DNA of 64,000 bases from a virus (Duplodnaviria; Caudoviricetes). The notes below the pieces were generated by a model. That model saw only the letters and a program-made list of their open reading frames with translations, had not been told where the DNA came from and did not search any database. Location of the stretch: the IMG/VR virus record IMGVR_UViG_3300033463_000042, positions 32,001 to 96,000 of that record. One strand, 5' to 3'. Position numbers and translations under genes: made by a program. Below, piece after piece: positions 21,601 to 31,843 of the stretch (the stretch's first letter is position 1; every line of letters starts with the position of its first letter).

Positions 21601-21998
21601 TCTTGGTCATAATAAAGCGTACCTCCCTCAATACGTGTCTGATCAGTAGAAGTGCCCGTTGCTGATGCAGTATATGTTTGATGGAACATCGATGAACGTG
21701 TGGTTGGGAAATCACCATATTCATCATGAGTACCATCACCAATGTAAAGATATCTTATGTAATAATCACTGTATGGTCTACCGCTACTTGGACCAAAGTA
21801 AGATCTAAAGTAACGCCATGTTGTTACATTCAAAGCAAAAGCTTCACCGGTAATATTTCCATCACGATCTTCGGTACGCAGTAAATATATACTATGACCA
21901 TTCAGGAGATCAGTATTGCCATGCTTTTCTTTCCAGTTATCAACAAAGGCATTTATCTTTGCCAATTTTTCGGCATGTTCTTTACTTAAATTATTCAT
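18645..21998 (-). CDS. Tail/baseplate receptor-binding-like protein, paralog of 22554-25343
   Basis: 1117 aa, Tyr/Trp/Asn-rich beta structure; N-terminal SIYLLRTEDRDGNI and C-terminal KMTGTTYTIQSYNNPKRI shared with paralog. Confidence 0.55.
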   Translation of the reverse strand: MNNLSKEHAEKLAKINAFVDNWKEKHGNTDLLNGHSIYLLRTEDRDGNITGEAFALNVTTWRYFRSYFGPSSGRPYSDYYIRYLYIGDGTHDEYGDFPTTRSSMFHQTYTASATGTSTDQTRIEGGTLYYDQDTGLLRGQSWVYTGYFDYVLSGISSDLTVTEVGLSSYNSNTELATHAYVMDSEGQYTSFVKHVNEKLTIDAYITVYHKPGYIEDKLWNQGVGFVYNPWAYYAFGYQGSAYNWNSHYNGNINYFTHGIISSPRWNRDTNYRNYESNSSYRSGSICSTYAYIGDVDSSDSETQIGTRSWSHSGTNSLIENKGYFYDLLYMTGFNSYGTPSSSDCRYAPQIGVIKEMRLPEPEEIVTNYAYTGTINNDDLSANFGHYQNAAYDTRGLLPVTNMNVSSVKSYNGLTKEWDVDEVVLNGTNTTNLTMNQLYPICGMYMNCQYLDTNVVRWGRQFVRVYPNMYTSFPISKISTTSISSTNIWCSDQYWNPYSWERVEDPNNIPASQGAKRYFMGFGGEITGNGGPNTNTRPVDVTRTGYTKPTLVSEETIRVDSIDTFNNGRNGYAEYNGYPYVCSNYGYGHTRILSDDNMGYIWMRYHLYYPDDSDLSSPGQSWLIQTSEPVGGMCSPYGTLRFKEPSGHRILQIFQSNAINAYPSVCLRKVSVFEIHSATEVAQDPSKVAPDEYVINMGDTFLNTYTYDSGGCIPISSTETGYVVFGNSNDTRVHIVNIIGDAASNYEPYKFILKYPDTDEEVPVSTCYAMKYTNNVVCRDPRQDTDVLIGWMIIDLSTNTIVDTFTIERTAWGGTFVWGAGWYDYFYMFGRANDSSWDSNTVWKCRIYDGTRSAGNRIIDPEWSSEVCRCFVPGVHHWNWNRHCWHRMHMGTLQGDEEAIFFGRNNVNDDTNVLMYSISRERPLEPFGFNNVGITGKFNRSLLVDDISAFDVFKTPDGKHRLLVCHINDYSWYDGNNTYFYQYKTWVFDANLIRDMRSGPGRINSNPTSIPALINRASSYSYDNRWRYFGMYKGRILISEYDNTYSQSNVGGWKYYMYTRNYHRFVDPKRLLPHKMTGTTYTIQSYNNPKRIYGIQNFTFKLINNADIWDPSDMPVGE

Positions 21999-22012
21999 TA
22001 TATCCCTCCTTA

Positions 22013-22549
22013 TTATGACTCATTCGTTATGGTTGGATGAGTTGAGCTCAACAATACCATGCGTATTATAGGTTCTGGTTGTGAGCTCTTTTCATCAGTT
22101 TTCTTTTCTACAATATTGATCGACGGATCAATACTAACATCCAACAGATGATGTGATGTTTTTGCACTGATACTTTTGTATGTAGTTGTATAATAATCAA
22201 CTCTGAATGATGGATCAATATCAACATCATACAGATGATGAGATGCTTTAGCGTAAGCATTAGGAGCTTTAGCTGTTGAGTAATAATCTATTCTGAATGT
22301 TGGATCAAGTGAAACATCATACAGATGATGAGATGCTTTAGAATTTGAGGTTCTCTTTGTTTCGATATAATCCTCAATTAACGGATGAGCAGTGGTTAAT
22401 GATAATAAATGTATGATGGGATTTGTATATAACGGAGGTTTATATTCACCTGTAACGTACATGCCACGAATGGGTACAACTTTCGCTGTACCCTGATCGT
22501 CTCTGAATCTATAATAGACTTCTTTAGCGTAAGATATAACATCACTCAT
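22013..22549 (-). CDS. Fibre-associated protein with three ~30-aa tandem repeats
   Basis: Start moved to ATG 22549; K(A/T)SHHL(Y/L)DVx(L/I)DP x3. Confidence 0.6.
   Translation of the reverse strand: MSDVISYAKEVYYRFRDDQGTAKVVPIRGMYVTGEYKPPLYTNPIIHLLSLTTAHPLIEDYIETKRTSNSKASHHLYDVSLDPTFRIDYYSTAKAPNAYAKASHHLYDVDIDPSFRVDYYTTTYKSISAKTSHHLLDVSIDPSINIVEKKTDEKSSQPEPIIRMVLLSSTHPTITNES
22110..22345 (-). repeat. Intragenic tandem repeat, 87-90 nt period, 3 copies
   Basis: ACATCATACAGATGATGAGATGCTTTAG exact in two copies, degenerate in the third. Confidence 0.85.
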
Positions 22550-22553
22550 GTCA

Positions 22554-25343
22554 TCATCCCCACTCCAGTATTTTACCATCACCATCAGTCAATGTTGGTG
22601 CTGGAGATCCTGGTGGTTTACCGGATCCATTTATTTCATAGCCCCACAATGGCATGTTGGTATATCCAAGTGTAAATGCTTTACCAGATATACGTTTAGT
22701 ATGATTAAATGCCGTTATGGTTCTGGTTTCACCAGTCACTTTCAATTGCAGCATATTTGTTACTGGGAACAAATAGTATGTGTCATACATTACAGATTGA
22801 CCATACAGATATGCACCATTGAAACCATTTGAAGGTGTGTACCATCTATTGTAGTAAACCCATACCTCACCTGCCGCAATGTATCTACCAAGATCACATA
22901 TATGAAGTTTGGTACCACGTGATCTTAATGGTGACATGTTATCATCACCAATCTGTATGTCGGCAATAAGTGTATGCCCATTGACATACCTCAGTTGACA
23001 TATGCAGTGATTGATTGTTGAACCGAACAAGCTATCCGAGTTACCAAATGCGGACATGTTTCGTATCACGGTAGGATTGTCATGTACGATGTAATATACA
23101 TCTGACAGAGTCACATTTGATGTACGTGTGTCATATATCATAGTCACATCATCAACATACTCGAAGTTTAAACGATATGAATTTACACGTGATGCAAAAT
23201 TGATATTGTTACATAATTCAGGAGTTCTTGTTGATGACGACAAATCGATGTGATATGTGTCTGTACCATCATACATCCATAAATGTGAGTTGTTGCCAAA
23301 CATTGCATTTGGAATATTTGCTAATGGTGACTGAATAACAGCCGTATCAGCAGACAATGCCAAATCAAATATGTGAATATATGTTGGGTCACTGACTGGA
23401 ATATATGCAACAAGATTCGTTCCATGAATACAACAAGAACTCTTCCACTGATACAATGTTGATGTTATAGTGCTTCCTCTGAGATTGAGGATAATAGCTT
23501 CATCTGTTGATAATGCTTGAACACAAACATATCCTGTTCCAGTATCAGTTCTATAGACGCCAGAATATGTATTGACTGTTGATGTGAACTCTAAAGTTCT
23601 AACGCCATTAACAGCAGATGTATCTGGTTCGGGATCATTCAATGTTGATACATCTATCGCATGTATTTGGTTACTACCAATATTGCGGAATGACAATAAC
23701 CATCTTCCATACCCCATATGATACATTTCATATGCTGAGTTTGTTCCTTCACTGGTTGTGAATGTGTAAGATCTCAAACGATTGATTGCACATATTCTAC
23801 CACCGATGACCAAACAGTTTTGATCCGACATATCAAGATATGGTTTACATCCTTCATGAAGTGCATTAAATGCGGACTGCTGGTAGTTGTGATATCCGTT
23901 TGTTCCACCGACCGATTCTAACAATTCAAATGTTTGAATTTGTCTTGTTGGAACAATACCAAGTGAATTAGAATCTGATATCCAGTAGCGTGCTGTTCTG
24001 GCAGCCACGGGAAGATTGTCAAAGTCGGTAATGTTAATCCATGATGACTGATCCCAATACTTATCACAAGCATACATCTGGTTGTGTCCATGGTTGATAC
24101 TTAAGATAGGATTATTTGTATACAGATTCTGATACAGATAACCTGTCTGAATTCTACCATTACTGAAGTAATAGATTGGCAAACAGTAATTCGTCTCCAA
24201 TCCAGGATTCGAATATTGAGCATTATTGTCATTTACAAATGGGCATGGATTATCCCACTGACCAGTATGACGATTGAATGTATATACAGAAACATTCATC
24301 ATTGTTGTAAATGGTGGGTACACATTTTTGTTATATGTATCATCAGTAATGTTTTTACCTATCTTATCTACAAATCCTGTGGGCTTTGTAAAATCACCAG
24401 AAGTGAAACCTGTAAGATTGAATGTCTCAGGAGTCATGTACTCTGGTGATATGATAATGAGACCACTAGCCTTAGAAACGAATCCGTCTATATAGGCAGA
24501 GTCGGAACCTTTCTGACTCCATAATGTGAATCCAGGAACAACGGTAGTATTACGAATGATAGAGTCTATTCCTGCAGACTCATCTTCAGGATGAATTGTA
24601 TCATCCTGAGTCTGAGTTCTACCAGATGTTCTATCATACAGAACATTTCCCTTTTTATATGTATACAGATTAGATTCGAACATACGTTGGAACATAACTG
24701 CATTTGTTGTTATCGCCATATGAATATCATTAGCCCAATTGCCCATGATAACATGTTCATACAATGACAGACACATATAAATGTATATTGTCAGTTTATA
24801 GTTTGACTTCTTTGTTATACTAGCTTTCTCGCCTCTATCATTATAAATGTGAGAATGTGTCCATAATGCATTGTATGCTGTGCCTATACCGTATTCGGTA
24901 ACGAGTGTATCAGTATCATAGTTTGAAATATTATAATCATAATACACAATACCGAATCTGGATATAAGTGTGATTATACCTGTATCAGATTCCTGTCCTC
25001 TAGAAAACATTATCGGATAAGCATAATCTTTACCTGTGTTGGAGTTGGTGGCTGCGAGGCCACCAAACAACGGTGTTTCTATGAATGCTGTCGTTTTATC
25101 AAAATTAGAAACACCACTTCCAACATATAACTTTACTGAATCACTGAGAGCGAAACTGTTTGTATTCTTAAATACAGCATTGAATCCATTATTAGTCAAC
25201 AGATTCATTCCATACTTAACATCTACAACATTTCCGTCTCTGTCAGATAATTCAAATAAATAAACACTGGAGGTACCAGTTCTTTTGTCTTTCATATTAT
25301 TGACAAAATTTTGGATTAGTTCAAATTGTTTGTCCTTATCCAT
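22554..25343 (-). CDS. Tail/baseplate receptor-binding-like protein, paralog of 18645-21998
   Basis: Start moved to ATG 25343 (GAGGAGG upstream); shared N- and C-terminal motifs; beta-propeller-like middle. Confidence 0.55.
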   Translation of the reverse strand: MDKDKQFELIQNFVNNMKDKRTGTSSVYLFELSDRDGNVVDVKYGMNLLTNNGFNAVFKNTNSFALSDSVKLYVGSGVSNFDKTTAFIETPLFGGLAATNSNTGKDYAYPIMFSRGQESDTGIITLISRFGIVYYDYNISNYDTDTLVTEYGIGTAYNALWTHSHIYNDRGEKASITKKSNYKLTIYIYMCLSLYEHVIMGNWANDIHMAITTNAVMFQRMFESNLYTYKKGNVLYDRTSGRTQTQDDTIHPEDESAGIDSIIRNTTVVPGFTLWSQKGSDSAYIDGFVSKASGLIIISPEYMTPETFNLTGFTSGDFTKPTGFVDKIGKNITDDTYNKNVYPPFTTMMNVSVYTFNRHTGQWDNPCPFVNDNNAQYSNPGLETNYCLPIYYFSNGRIQTGYLYQNLYTNNPILSINHGHNQMYACDKYWDQSSWINITDFDNLPVAARTARYWISDSNSLGIVPTRQIQTFELLESVGGTNGYHNYQQSAFNALHEGCKPYLDMSDQNCLVIGGRICAINRLRSYTFTTSEGTNSAYEMYHMGYGRWLLSFRNIGSNQIHAIDVSTLNDPEPDTSAVNGVRTLEFTSTVNTYSGVYRTDTGTGYVCVQALSTDEAIILNLRGSTITSTLYQWKSSCCIHGTNLVAYIPVSDPTYIHIFDLALSADTAVIQSPLANIPNAMFGNNSHLWMYDGTDTYHIDLSSSTRTPELCNNINFASRVNSYRLNFEYVDDVTMIYDTRTSNVTLSDVYYIVHDNPTVIRNMSAFGNSDSLFGSTINHCICQLRYVNGHTLIADIQIGDDNMSPLRSRGTKLHICDLGRYIAAGEVWVYYNRWYTPSNGFNGAYLYGQSVMYDTYYLFPVTNMLQLKVTGETRTITAFNHTKRISGKAFTLGYTNMPLWGYEINGSGKPPGSPAPTLTDGDGKILEWG

Positions 25344-28300
25344 TTTCTTCTTCTCCCTCCTCTTCATTATTTTCTTCCTTTATGAAATTAAATTTGTCGA
25401 CCGTTTTATATTCATGATCATGAATAAATGATTCCGATTCATATATACGATTTGTTTCATCAATCATAGTCAATTGTTTGTCAATATAGCCCCTATGGAA
25501 ATCCATACCAACGTCATCGATTGTTATGAATCTATCATCATATGTATATTCGGTTCTATGATTGTCGTTTGTTCTGACAAGCAATGTTGTACTCTTTTCA
25601 CCAATCTTATACTTAGCATATTTTGCGAAGTTAACTGTTAACAATTTAAGATGCTCGACAAAGAAGTATGTATCAAAGCTAGCAGGACGATAGTACTTGG
25701 AACCAGTATTACCTAAACCGGAATTGGTGAATGGCATAAACATTGAAGCCCACTGCTGATTCTTAATATGGTAAATATATAGTGTTGACGACGAAGCCAT
25801 CATAACGTATAATATTCCCTTTGAATATGTAATTGTCTTCGGAGTTAATGATGTGAATGGTGTAAGAATGTCTTCAACGAGTGCTGGTTCACATTCCGGA
25901 TTATCTTCATACACGTATATATGTCCTATCTGTGCAACATAGAACTTTCCATCTGCATAACAAGCACATTTTATACCGGCCGGCATAACCATAGCACTGC
26001 TGGTAACTCTATTACGAGTAGCAACGCTCCATCTTCTCGGTCCAGTACAAGATGTACTACACCAGAATGTCAACATCGTATACTTACCAACGGTGAAATC
26101 ATTACGGAAATCGCCATCATCAACATCCGCATATCGTGTCCAGTTCAATGATTTAGTATTGAACACTAAGAGTGAATTCTTACTGATCAATGCAATCTCA
26201 TTATTACTCAACCATGCAGCTTCACCATATGCATTAACAGTGAAATTGTAATCTTGTGTTGGTGCATGATATGTTATCGATGCCGATGGATCCATTGGTA
26301 TTCTCATACAATAATGAGACCAGTTATTTGTATCTTGTTTCGATCTGAATAAGTACAGATAATTGTCATCAGCTAACAATGAACCACATACATTACCACC
26401 ACCACTGCTATCAAATGTTGATACTGCAATATTGTCTCTAATAACAACAGTCTTGTTTTCAATGATATTGAATTTGGTTATTCTGATTATAGAATTATTC
26501 AACAATGAAGCAGTGAATATGTTACGTTTATATTCACATGATGTTGAACACTGAACAGCTGTAATTGCAGTTGTACCATCAGGCATGAAACCACCAATAG
26601 ATACTTTATATCTATTAGGGATTGTATTACCTGCACCAACATACAACAGATCCAAATCATCAATTGTCTTCTCTGGTTTAGTTGGGTAATAGTGTGAATC
26701 TGGTTTCTGACGTGTTTGGAATTGTACACAGTAAACCGTTGTATTCGATGTAGGTTCATCATTCATATCAAAATCCAGAGTACATATAACCCTACGATTT
26801 TCAGCAATACCCTTGATCGAATATTTAAATTCTATTGAACAATTGTCATCAATATCACAATCGTATGTTGCATCAAGAATTTCCGCACCGGTGTGTTCAT
26901 GGAATGTAACGGTTTGTTTTAATGGAATGACATATGCTGATATTGCCGAAGGTTGTATGCCATATTTATCATATACAAAGAATCTATATGAGTTTGTCAG
27001 ACCATTGTCAGATTTGATACTTGACGGATATGATCCATATATTGCAAAGTTTTCGGGAGTTAATTCTATATCGATAGGATACCATTCGTCATTGTCAGTA
27101 TCGTATGCTTTATAAGAATAACTATCTTGAGCAATTATTAAGATTGCTGAAATATCTTCAACATCGAAAGTTATCTTTGTCATACCACGCACAGGATTTC
27201 CTCCGGCGGTTAATACTGTATCGGTCAACCAGTATCTTTCATCAGGAATATATCCAGATGGTTTGTAAGATGTTTCTGTCAGAACGTAGCCTGAACCACC
27301 GCATCCACCTTTGTCGTCATCACCGCTACCATCTACAATTGTACCATTGCCTCCGAACCAACCATTTCCACCGGATCCACCGTAACCGCTGTTTTGTGCG
27401 TTACCTACGCCGTTATAGCCAAAGCCACCGCCTCCTGGCGATTGCGCTGGAGTACTGTTTTGAGTACCAGGACCATTGTTGGTTCCGTAGCCACCATTGA
27501 TATACCATGCACCGGAAGAACCTCCTCCGTTACCACCCCAGCCATCATTATCACCTTGACCACCTCCGCCACCGGCAACAATGAATCGGGCCAATAATGA
27601 GTCTGGTGTATATACATCCTTTTCAACAACTTCGCCGTATGTGAAAGGATCTCCTACTGGGGAAGTTAATATCTCTTGATCAACAAGGTCATATAGTCCT
27701 ATAGTTTGTTCTTCAGCATCTGGCTTGGATTTGATTGGTACATACCAATGAACCAATTTATTATTTTCATAAATCTTGAATGAAAATAATTTACCATGAA
27801 ATTTTCTATCCCAGTTACCGTTATCATTATAACCGAACATATATGTCGGTTGTGCCAGTGTATATGAATAGTTACCTATAGAAATTGATCCAAGTTGCGT
27901 GCCATTCATGTCATACCAAGCAAACAAACTTTGTGCGGTTGCAACAAGACGGAATTTGGTATTGAAAGGCATTGCATTACCAGTAGGCCAATCAGAACCT
28001 ACACCATAGCATGTTCTATTTACGCCACCCTGTCTGTATAAAGGTATCATATTATTTGAACCATCACGAGCACCAAAGATGACAGCATCAACCTGAATAT
28101 CAGGTACTTCGGATGGATCTTTGATATTAAGAATAACTTCGTATTTTGACGTAGATGCTTTGAAATAATATTTGAGATTGATATACTGAGTACCATTAGA
28201 TTCAATATAATCAATCTGGTCATATTCATCAGGAATTGTGTGTGGTGTGGGAGCTATACGTACATCGGTTGCTCCACCACCGGCGGTAGCACCCAATTGA

Positions 28301-31056
28301 TATTGGTCATAGCTACCATGGTTTACATTGTAAAACAATCTGTTGTTGAATATTTGATCTTTGGTAGCCGCAGAAGTACCACAACCAATGAGATATGAGG
28401 ATGATCCAACATTGGCCATTAAGGTCATTGGTGCATCTATTCGCAATACTCCTTCGGCGTAGCCGCCTTTTGCGGCTTGAACGTTTCTGTATCTAACAGC
28501 ACCATCTCCACCATAACATTTGATACGATATGTTCCTGGCAATAAGTTGAGATTTTGCCCTTCACCGGTATAAGGAACCCTGATTGATGAATCTAACGTT
28601 TTTGCATAATCGGTTTCTTTGTATATTGTCAAAGAAGCACCGTCAAATGCTTGATATGGAAGTAACATGAAATCTCTGAAGTATAATGTTTCTATTACAT
28701 CTTCCATGTCTCGCATGTAGTTTTCTGGCTTATATGATTCTGCAGTGAGAACATAGGATGTTCCACCGGATCCATTACATGCAGAATATGAGTATCCTAT
28801 CGATGTATAGTTAACGATGGCATATCCTCCATACCAACCTCCGCCTCCGCCGCCTTGGCCTTCTTGTCCCCAAGTTGCACCAGAAGCGTTGGTTCTATTT
28901 TGTGCATTACCACCTTTACCAAAGGAAGCACCACGTTGTTGTGTTGCACACATCCATGCATAATTTGAACTCGATGCTCCATTACAAGAAATCCATCCAC
29001 TATATGGACCACCGCCAAATGATAAGAAATCCTGTACACTGTCATTATTAGTCTGATGACCTGTGCCACCGCCTCCAGCACCAACAATGATTCTTGAATA
29101 TAATCCACGATCAATGAGCAAATCATATTGTGATGGTATCGTTGAATTGGAAAAATCTGTTGAACGAGATGTTGTTATTGATGTTCTACGTATATCAAAC
29201 TGACACCAATGCGTATTATCTGGTGATATGAACAATTCCCATTCAAAAGGATCTCGTTCTTGGTAGTCATCACCAGTTCTTATGATATAACTGATAATAT
29301 CCATTGAGTTAACAGTGTTTTCGAATTCATATGTTATTATGACATCCGTACCATTATCAGACCATCCTGATATACATACCTTTGAATTATCATAAATAAT
29401 GATGTTCTCTATCGTTTGAGACGCTTTTGCATATGTTACAGCAGAACCGTCGCTGCGTATAGCAGAAACATTTGCAACAGGAATAAATTCATCATTCCTG
29501 TCTTTGAATCCGAGGAATTCCATTTGAAGATATGAGTTATTTGAACGATTACGATGAACAACCATTTTCATATACTTGGTATTCTCGATTCTGGATTTCC
29601 AAACGGTCTTTTCAACAGCACCACCATGATACATTTTAACATTTGACAATGACGGATACATTCTGTCATTAATCAAATCATATAATCCTGTCTCATATCC
29701 ATCTTCATATGTCAAATATGTCATGGTAAATTCTTCAATCAAGTCGTCGGATAAATTATCTGTTGCATGTACAATTGCAACCTTCAAATATGCTGCTTCA
29801 GGAAATGGTGGATATACGGTTATGTTATCACCGACAGATACGCCTTTATATGTGTTAGGCCATCCGCTGAAATCATAAAATGGCATCCATGTTATACCAT
29901 AACCATCCGTACCCAATTGCTGATAGTTAGAATCATACCAATAGAAAGTAATGATAACACTGTTTTTGTCGGTGACTTTAAGTTTGAAACGTATTCCCTC
30001 TGCAGAAGCATCTACTGGTATATAGTCTTGTGTCCTAAGATATCTCAGATCACTACCGTTATAATTTTCCCATGTAGTGATTTGTGTCAGATCTATTGTT
30101 TCAACATCAGTTGCACACTTACAGTATGGAACCAACCAGTTTGTCAATTTACGATCTTCATATACTTTCATTTCCAGAACAGAGACTTTGGAGTAGTCTG
30201 CATAAACGTCTCTTGTTGGATCGTACAACGCAAATACTCCAAATCCAGTTGCATTTGCAGAAGGAGACATGCTATTATTACTGCTACGAGTTGAACACAT
30301 TGATTCGTTTGAATAATGCATTTCAGAACAGTCTCCCCAACCGACAGAAACTCGCGTTATATTGTAATATGGATAATTTGTATCCATCGAGTAATGGGTA
30401 GATCCATAAAAATAATACATGTTTGTGCTGTTGACATCACCACGTTTACGTTGATAACCCATTCTATCAGATCCAGATATGCTATAACCGAAGAGTGTCT
30501 CCGCGGGTCCATCTGATTTAAGATCCGCATAATCTGGATTCGAGTATATCTTCGCTTCAATACGAGTGCTACTTGTAAATTTATGATCTACTGCAAGATA
30601 CTGTTGTTTGTTGGCATGAATATACGAGACCTGTTCATATCCTTCCGGGATAGAATGTGTGATCATTTCAGGTATATACGCATCATCTATTGACAAACGT
30701 ACGTCAGTAGCACCTCCACCAGCACATCCATTTGAATATGTAGCTATATTATATGCCAGACCGCCGTTACCACCACCATTATATCCACCCAGAGCCACCT
30801 GTGTTGTTCCGTTGTGTGGTTCTTCACCATTACCACCGACAACAGCGTACATCTTCTGAGTATGATCCAAATCAAGTATACCATATGCAGCAGCTCCCCA
30901 TGATTTAAATTGATTATGGGGAGAATTACCACCACGCGCTCCGTTTGCAACAAACAGATATGTGTCTGGTTGTAATGTGAATTCTTCTGGTTCACCAGTA
31001 AATTCAAATGATTTATATGGTTCCCAGAGTTTATTTTTGTACAAGAGATATTCCAT
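25336..31056 (-). CDS. Giant tail fibre/spike with two Gly-rich domains and inserted lectin-like modules
   Basis: 1906 aa; GYNGGG, GGGATDVR, SRIIVGAGGGG, GGGWYGG motifs; YIESNGTQYI...GLYDLV modules; propeller-like C-terminus. Confidence 0.7.
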   Translation of the reverse strand: MEYLLYKNKLWEPYKSFEFTGEPEEFTLQPDTYLFVANGARGGNSPHNQFKSWGAAAYGILDLDHTQKMYAVVGGNGEEPHNGTTQVALGGYNGGGNGGLAYNIATYSNGCAGGGATDVRLSIDDAYIPEMITHSIPEGYEQVSYIHANKQQYLAVDHKFTSSTRIEAKIYSNPDYADLKSDGPAETLFGYSISGSDRMGYQRKRGDVNSTNMYYFYGSTHYSMDTNYPYYNITRVSVGWGDCSEMHYSNESMCSTRSSNNSMSPSANATGFGVFALYDPTRDVYADYSKVSVLEMKVYEDRKLTNWLVPYCKCATDVETIDLTQITTWENYNGSDLRYLRTQDYIPVDASAEGIRFKLKVTDKNSVIITFYWYDSNYQQLGTDGYGITWMPFYDFSGWPNTYKGVSVGDNITVYPPFPEAAYLKVAIVHATDNLSDDLIEEFTMTYLTYEDGYETGLYDLINDRMYPSLSNVKMYHGGAVEKTVWKSRIENTKYMKMVVHRNRSNNSYLQMEFLGFKDRNDEFIPVANVSAIRSDGSAVTYAKASQTIENIIIYDNSKVCISGWSDNGTDVIITYEFENTVNSMDIISYIIRTGDDYQERDPFEWELFISPDNTHWCQFDIRRTSITTSRSTDFSNSTIPSQYDLLIDRGLYSRIIVGAGGGGTGHQTNNDSVQDFLSFGGGPYSGWISCNGASSSNYAWMCATQQRGASFGKGGNAQNRTNASGATWGQEGQGGGGGGWYGGYAIVNYTSIGYSYSACNGSGGTSYVLTAESYKPENYMRDMEDVIETLYFRDFMLLPYQAFDGASLTIYKETDYAKTLDSSIRVPYTGEGQNLNLLPGTYRIKCYGGDGAVRYRNVQAAKGGYAEGVLRIDAPMTLMANVGSSSYLIGCGTSAATKDQIFNNRLFYNVNHGSYDQYQLGATAGGGATDVRIAPTPHTIPDEYDQIDYIESNGTQYINLKYYFKASTSKYEVILNIKDPSEVPDIQVDAVIFGARDGSNNMIPLYRQGGVNRTCYGVGSDWPTGNAMPFNTKFRLVATAQSLFAWYDMNGTQLGSISIGNYSYTLAQPTYMFGYNDNGNWDRKFHGKLFSFKIYENNKLVHWYVPIKSKPDAEEQTIGLYDLVDQEILTSPVGDPFTYGEVVEKDVYTPDSLLARFIVAGGGGGQGDNDGWGGNGGGSSGAWYINGGYGTNNGPGTQNSTPAQSPGGGGFGYNGVGNAQNSGYGGSGGNGWFGGNGTIVDGSGDDDKGGCGGSGYVLTETSYKPSGYIPDERYWLTDTVLTAGGNPVRGMTKITFDVEDISAILIIAQDSYSYKAYDTDNDEWYPIDIELTPENFAIYGSYPSSIKSDNGLTNSYRFFVYDKYGIQPSAISAYVIPLKQTVTFHEHTGAEILDATYDCDIDDNCSIEFKYSIKGIAENRRVICTLDFDMNDEPTSNTTVYCVQFQTRQKPDSHYYPTKPEKTIDDLDLLYVGAGNTIPNRYKVSIGGFMPDGTTAITAVQCSTSCEYKRNIFTASLLNNSIIRITKFNIIENKTVVIRDNIAVSTFDSSGGGNVCGSLLADDNYLYLFRSKQDTNNWSHYCMRIPMDPSASITYHAPTQDYNFTVNAYGEAAWLSNNEIALISKNSLLVFNTKSLNWTRYADVDDGDFRNDFTVGKYTMLTFWCSTSCTGPRRWSVATRNRVTSSAMVMPAGIKCACYADGKFYVAQIGHIYVYEDNPECEPALVEDILTPFTSLTPKTITYSKGILYVMMASSSTLYIYHIKNQQWASMFMPFTNSGLGNTGSKYYRPASFDTYFFVEHLKLLTVNFAKYAKYKIGEKSTTLLVRTNDNHRTEYTYDDRFITIDDVGMDFHRGYIDKQLTMIDETNRIYESESFIHDHEYKTVDKFNFIKEENNEEEGEEENG

Positions 31057-31088
31057 TATCTCACCACGCTTTCGAATGAAGATTTATA

Positions 31089-31535
31089 TTAACCATTATT
31101 GGGTTCATCATTAGAGAGTATTCCTGTATAAGGAGTATCAGAAGGATTGTACTCGACAACAACAACATTCTCTGGAAGTTCGTCGACCTCTGCTTCTCTT
31201 GGTGGGTGATCGAATGTAACAATCTGACCGTCGAATCCTAACAGTTTAAGATTACCATTCTGACAATCTATTTCTACTGATTCAGATATGTATGTATCAC
31301 CATCATGAGGTACGGTCAAATATGCTATATCGGTATTGGGATCTATAAGAGCCTGGTAACGTTTGTATTCCTTACCAGATTCATATACTTCGAAACCGTT
31401 GCCACTTCCTCCACCACCACCGATAGATTTTATTTGTAACAACCACTCCGTTAGATCATGAATTATTTCACGTTGAGTGTGAATTATATCAACCAGGTCA
31501 TTGAATACCTGATCGAAATCTGTCGTGTTAGCCAT
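31089..31535 (-). CDS. Fibre-operon protein, homolog of the C-terminal part of 37224-37979
   Basis: TTDFDQVFNDL and FDHPP...LPENVVVVEYNPSDTPY nearly identical to paralog. Confidence 0.7.
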   Translation of the reverse strand: MANTTDFDQVFNDLVDIIHTQREIIHDLTEWLLQIKSIGGGGGSGNGFEVYESGKEYKRYQALIDPNTDIAYLTVPHDGDTYISESVEIDCQNGNLKLLGFDGQIVTFDHPPREAEVDELPENVVVVEYNPSDTPYTGILSNDEPNNG

Positions 31536-31547
31536 TTAGCTCACCTC

Positions 31548-31754
31548 TTAATCACTTTCTTCTGCCCATTCTCTGAGCTTATCTCTAATCTTAATAAGAT
31601 CTTTATTTATTTCACCTATGTCAGGTATAACATGTTCACCAAGGATATGGTCCATCTTATCAACGACATAGTCCCATGGTATGAGCGCTACGCTATCGTC
31701 ATCTTCCAAGTCAATAACGACCGGTTGCTTTTTATCGCGTGTTGCCATATACAT
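31548..31754 (-). CDS. Fibre-operon protein, homolog of the N-terminal part of 37224-37979
   Basis: KQPVVIDLEDDDSVALIPW vs KQPVIIDLEDDDSVSLIPW; SD AAGGAG; start may be 31748. Confidence 0.7.
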   Translation of the reverse strand: MYMATRDKKQPVVIDLEDDDSVALIPWDYVVDKMDHILGEHVIPDIGEINKDLIKIRDKLREWAEESD

Positions 31755-31777
31755 GCAACTCCTTTCTTTATTTAAGT

Positions 31778-31789
31778 TATGAAGGCGTT
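31778..31789 (-). promoter_or_regulatory. Late-type promoter motif AACGccttcaTA
   Basis: Near-identical copy at 38007-38018 in the same position of the duplicated operon. Confidence 0.6.
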
Positions 31790-31809
31790 CAACTCTGTAA
31801 AATCAAATA

Positions 31810-31832
31810 GTCGAGGGCTTTACGCCCTCGAC
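31810..31832 (-). terminator. Intrinsic terminator
   Basis: GTCGAGGGC-TTTAC-GCCCTCGAC after 31844-32005. Confidence 0.7.
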
Positions 31833-31843
31833 GTTACTTTGAT

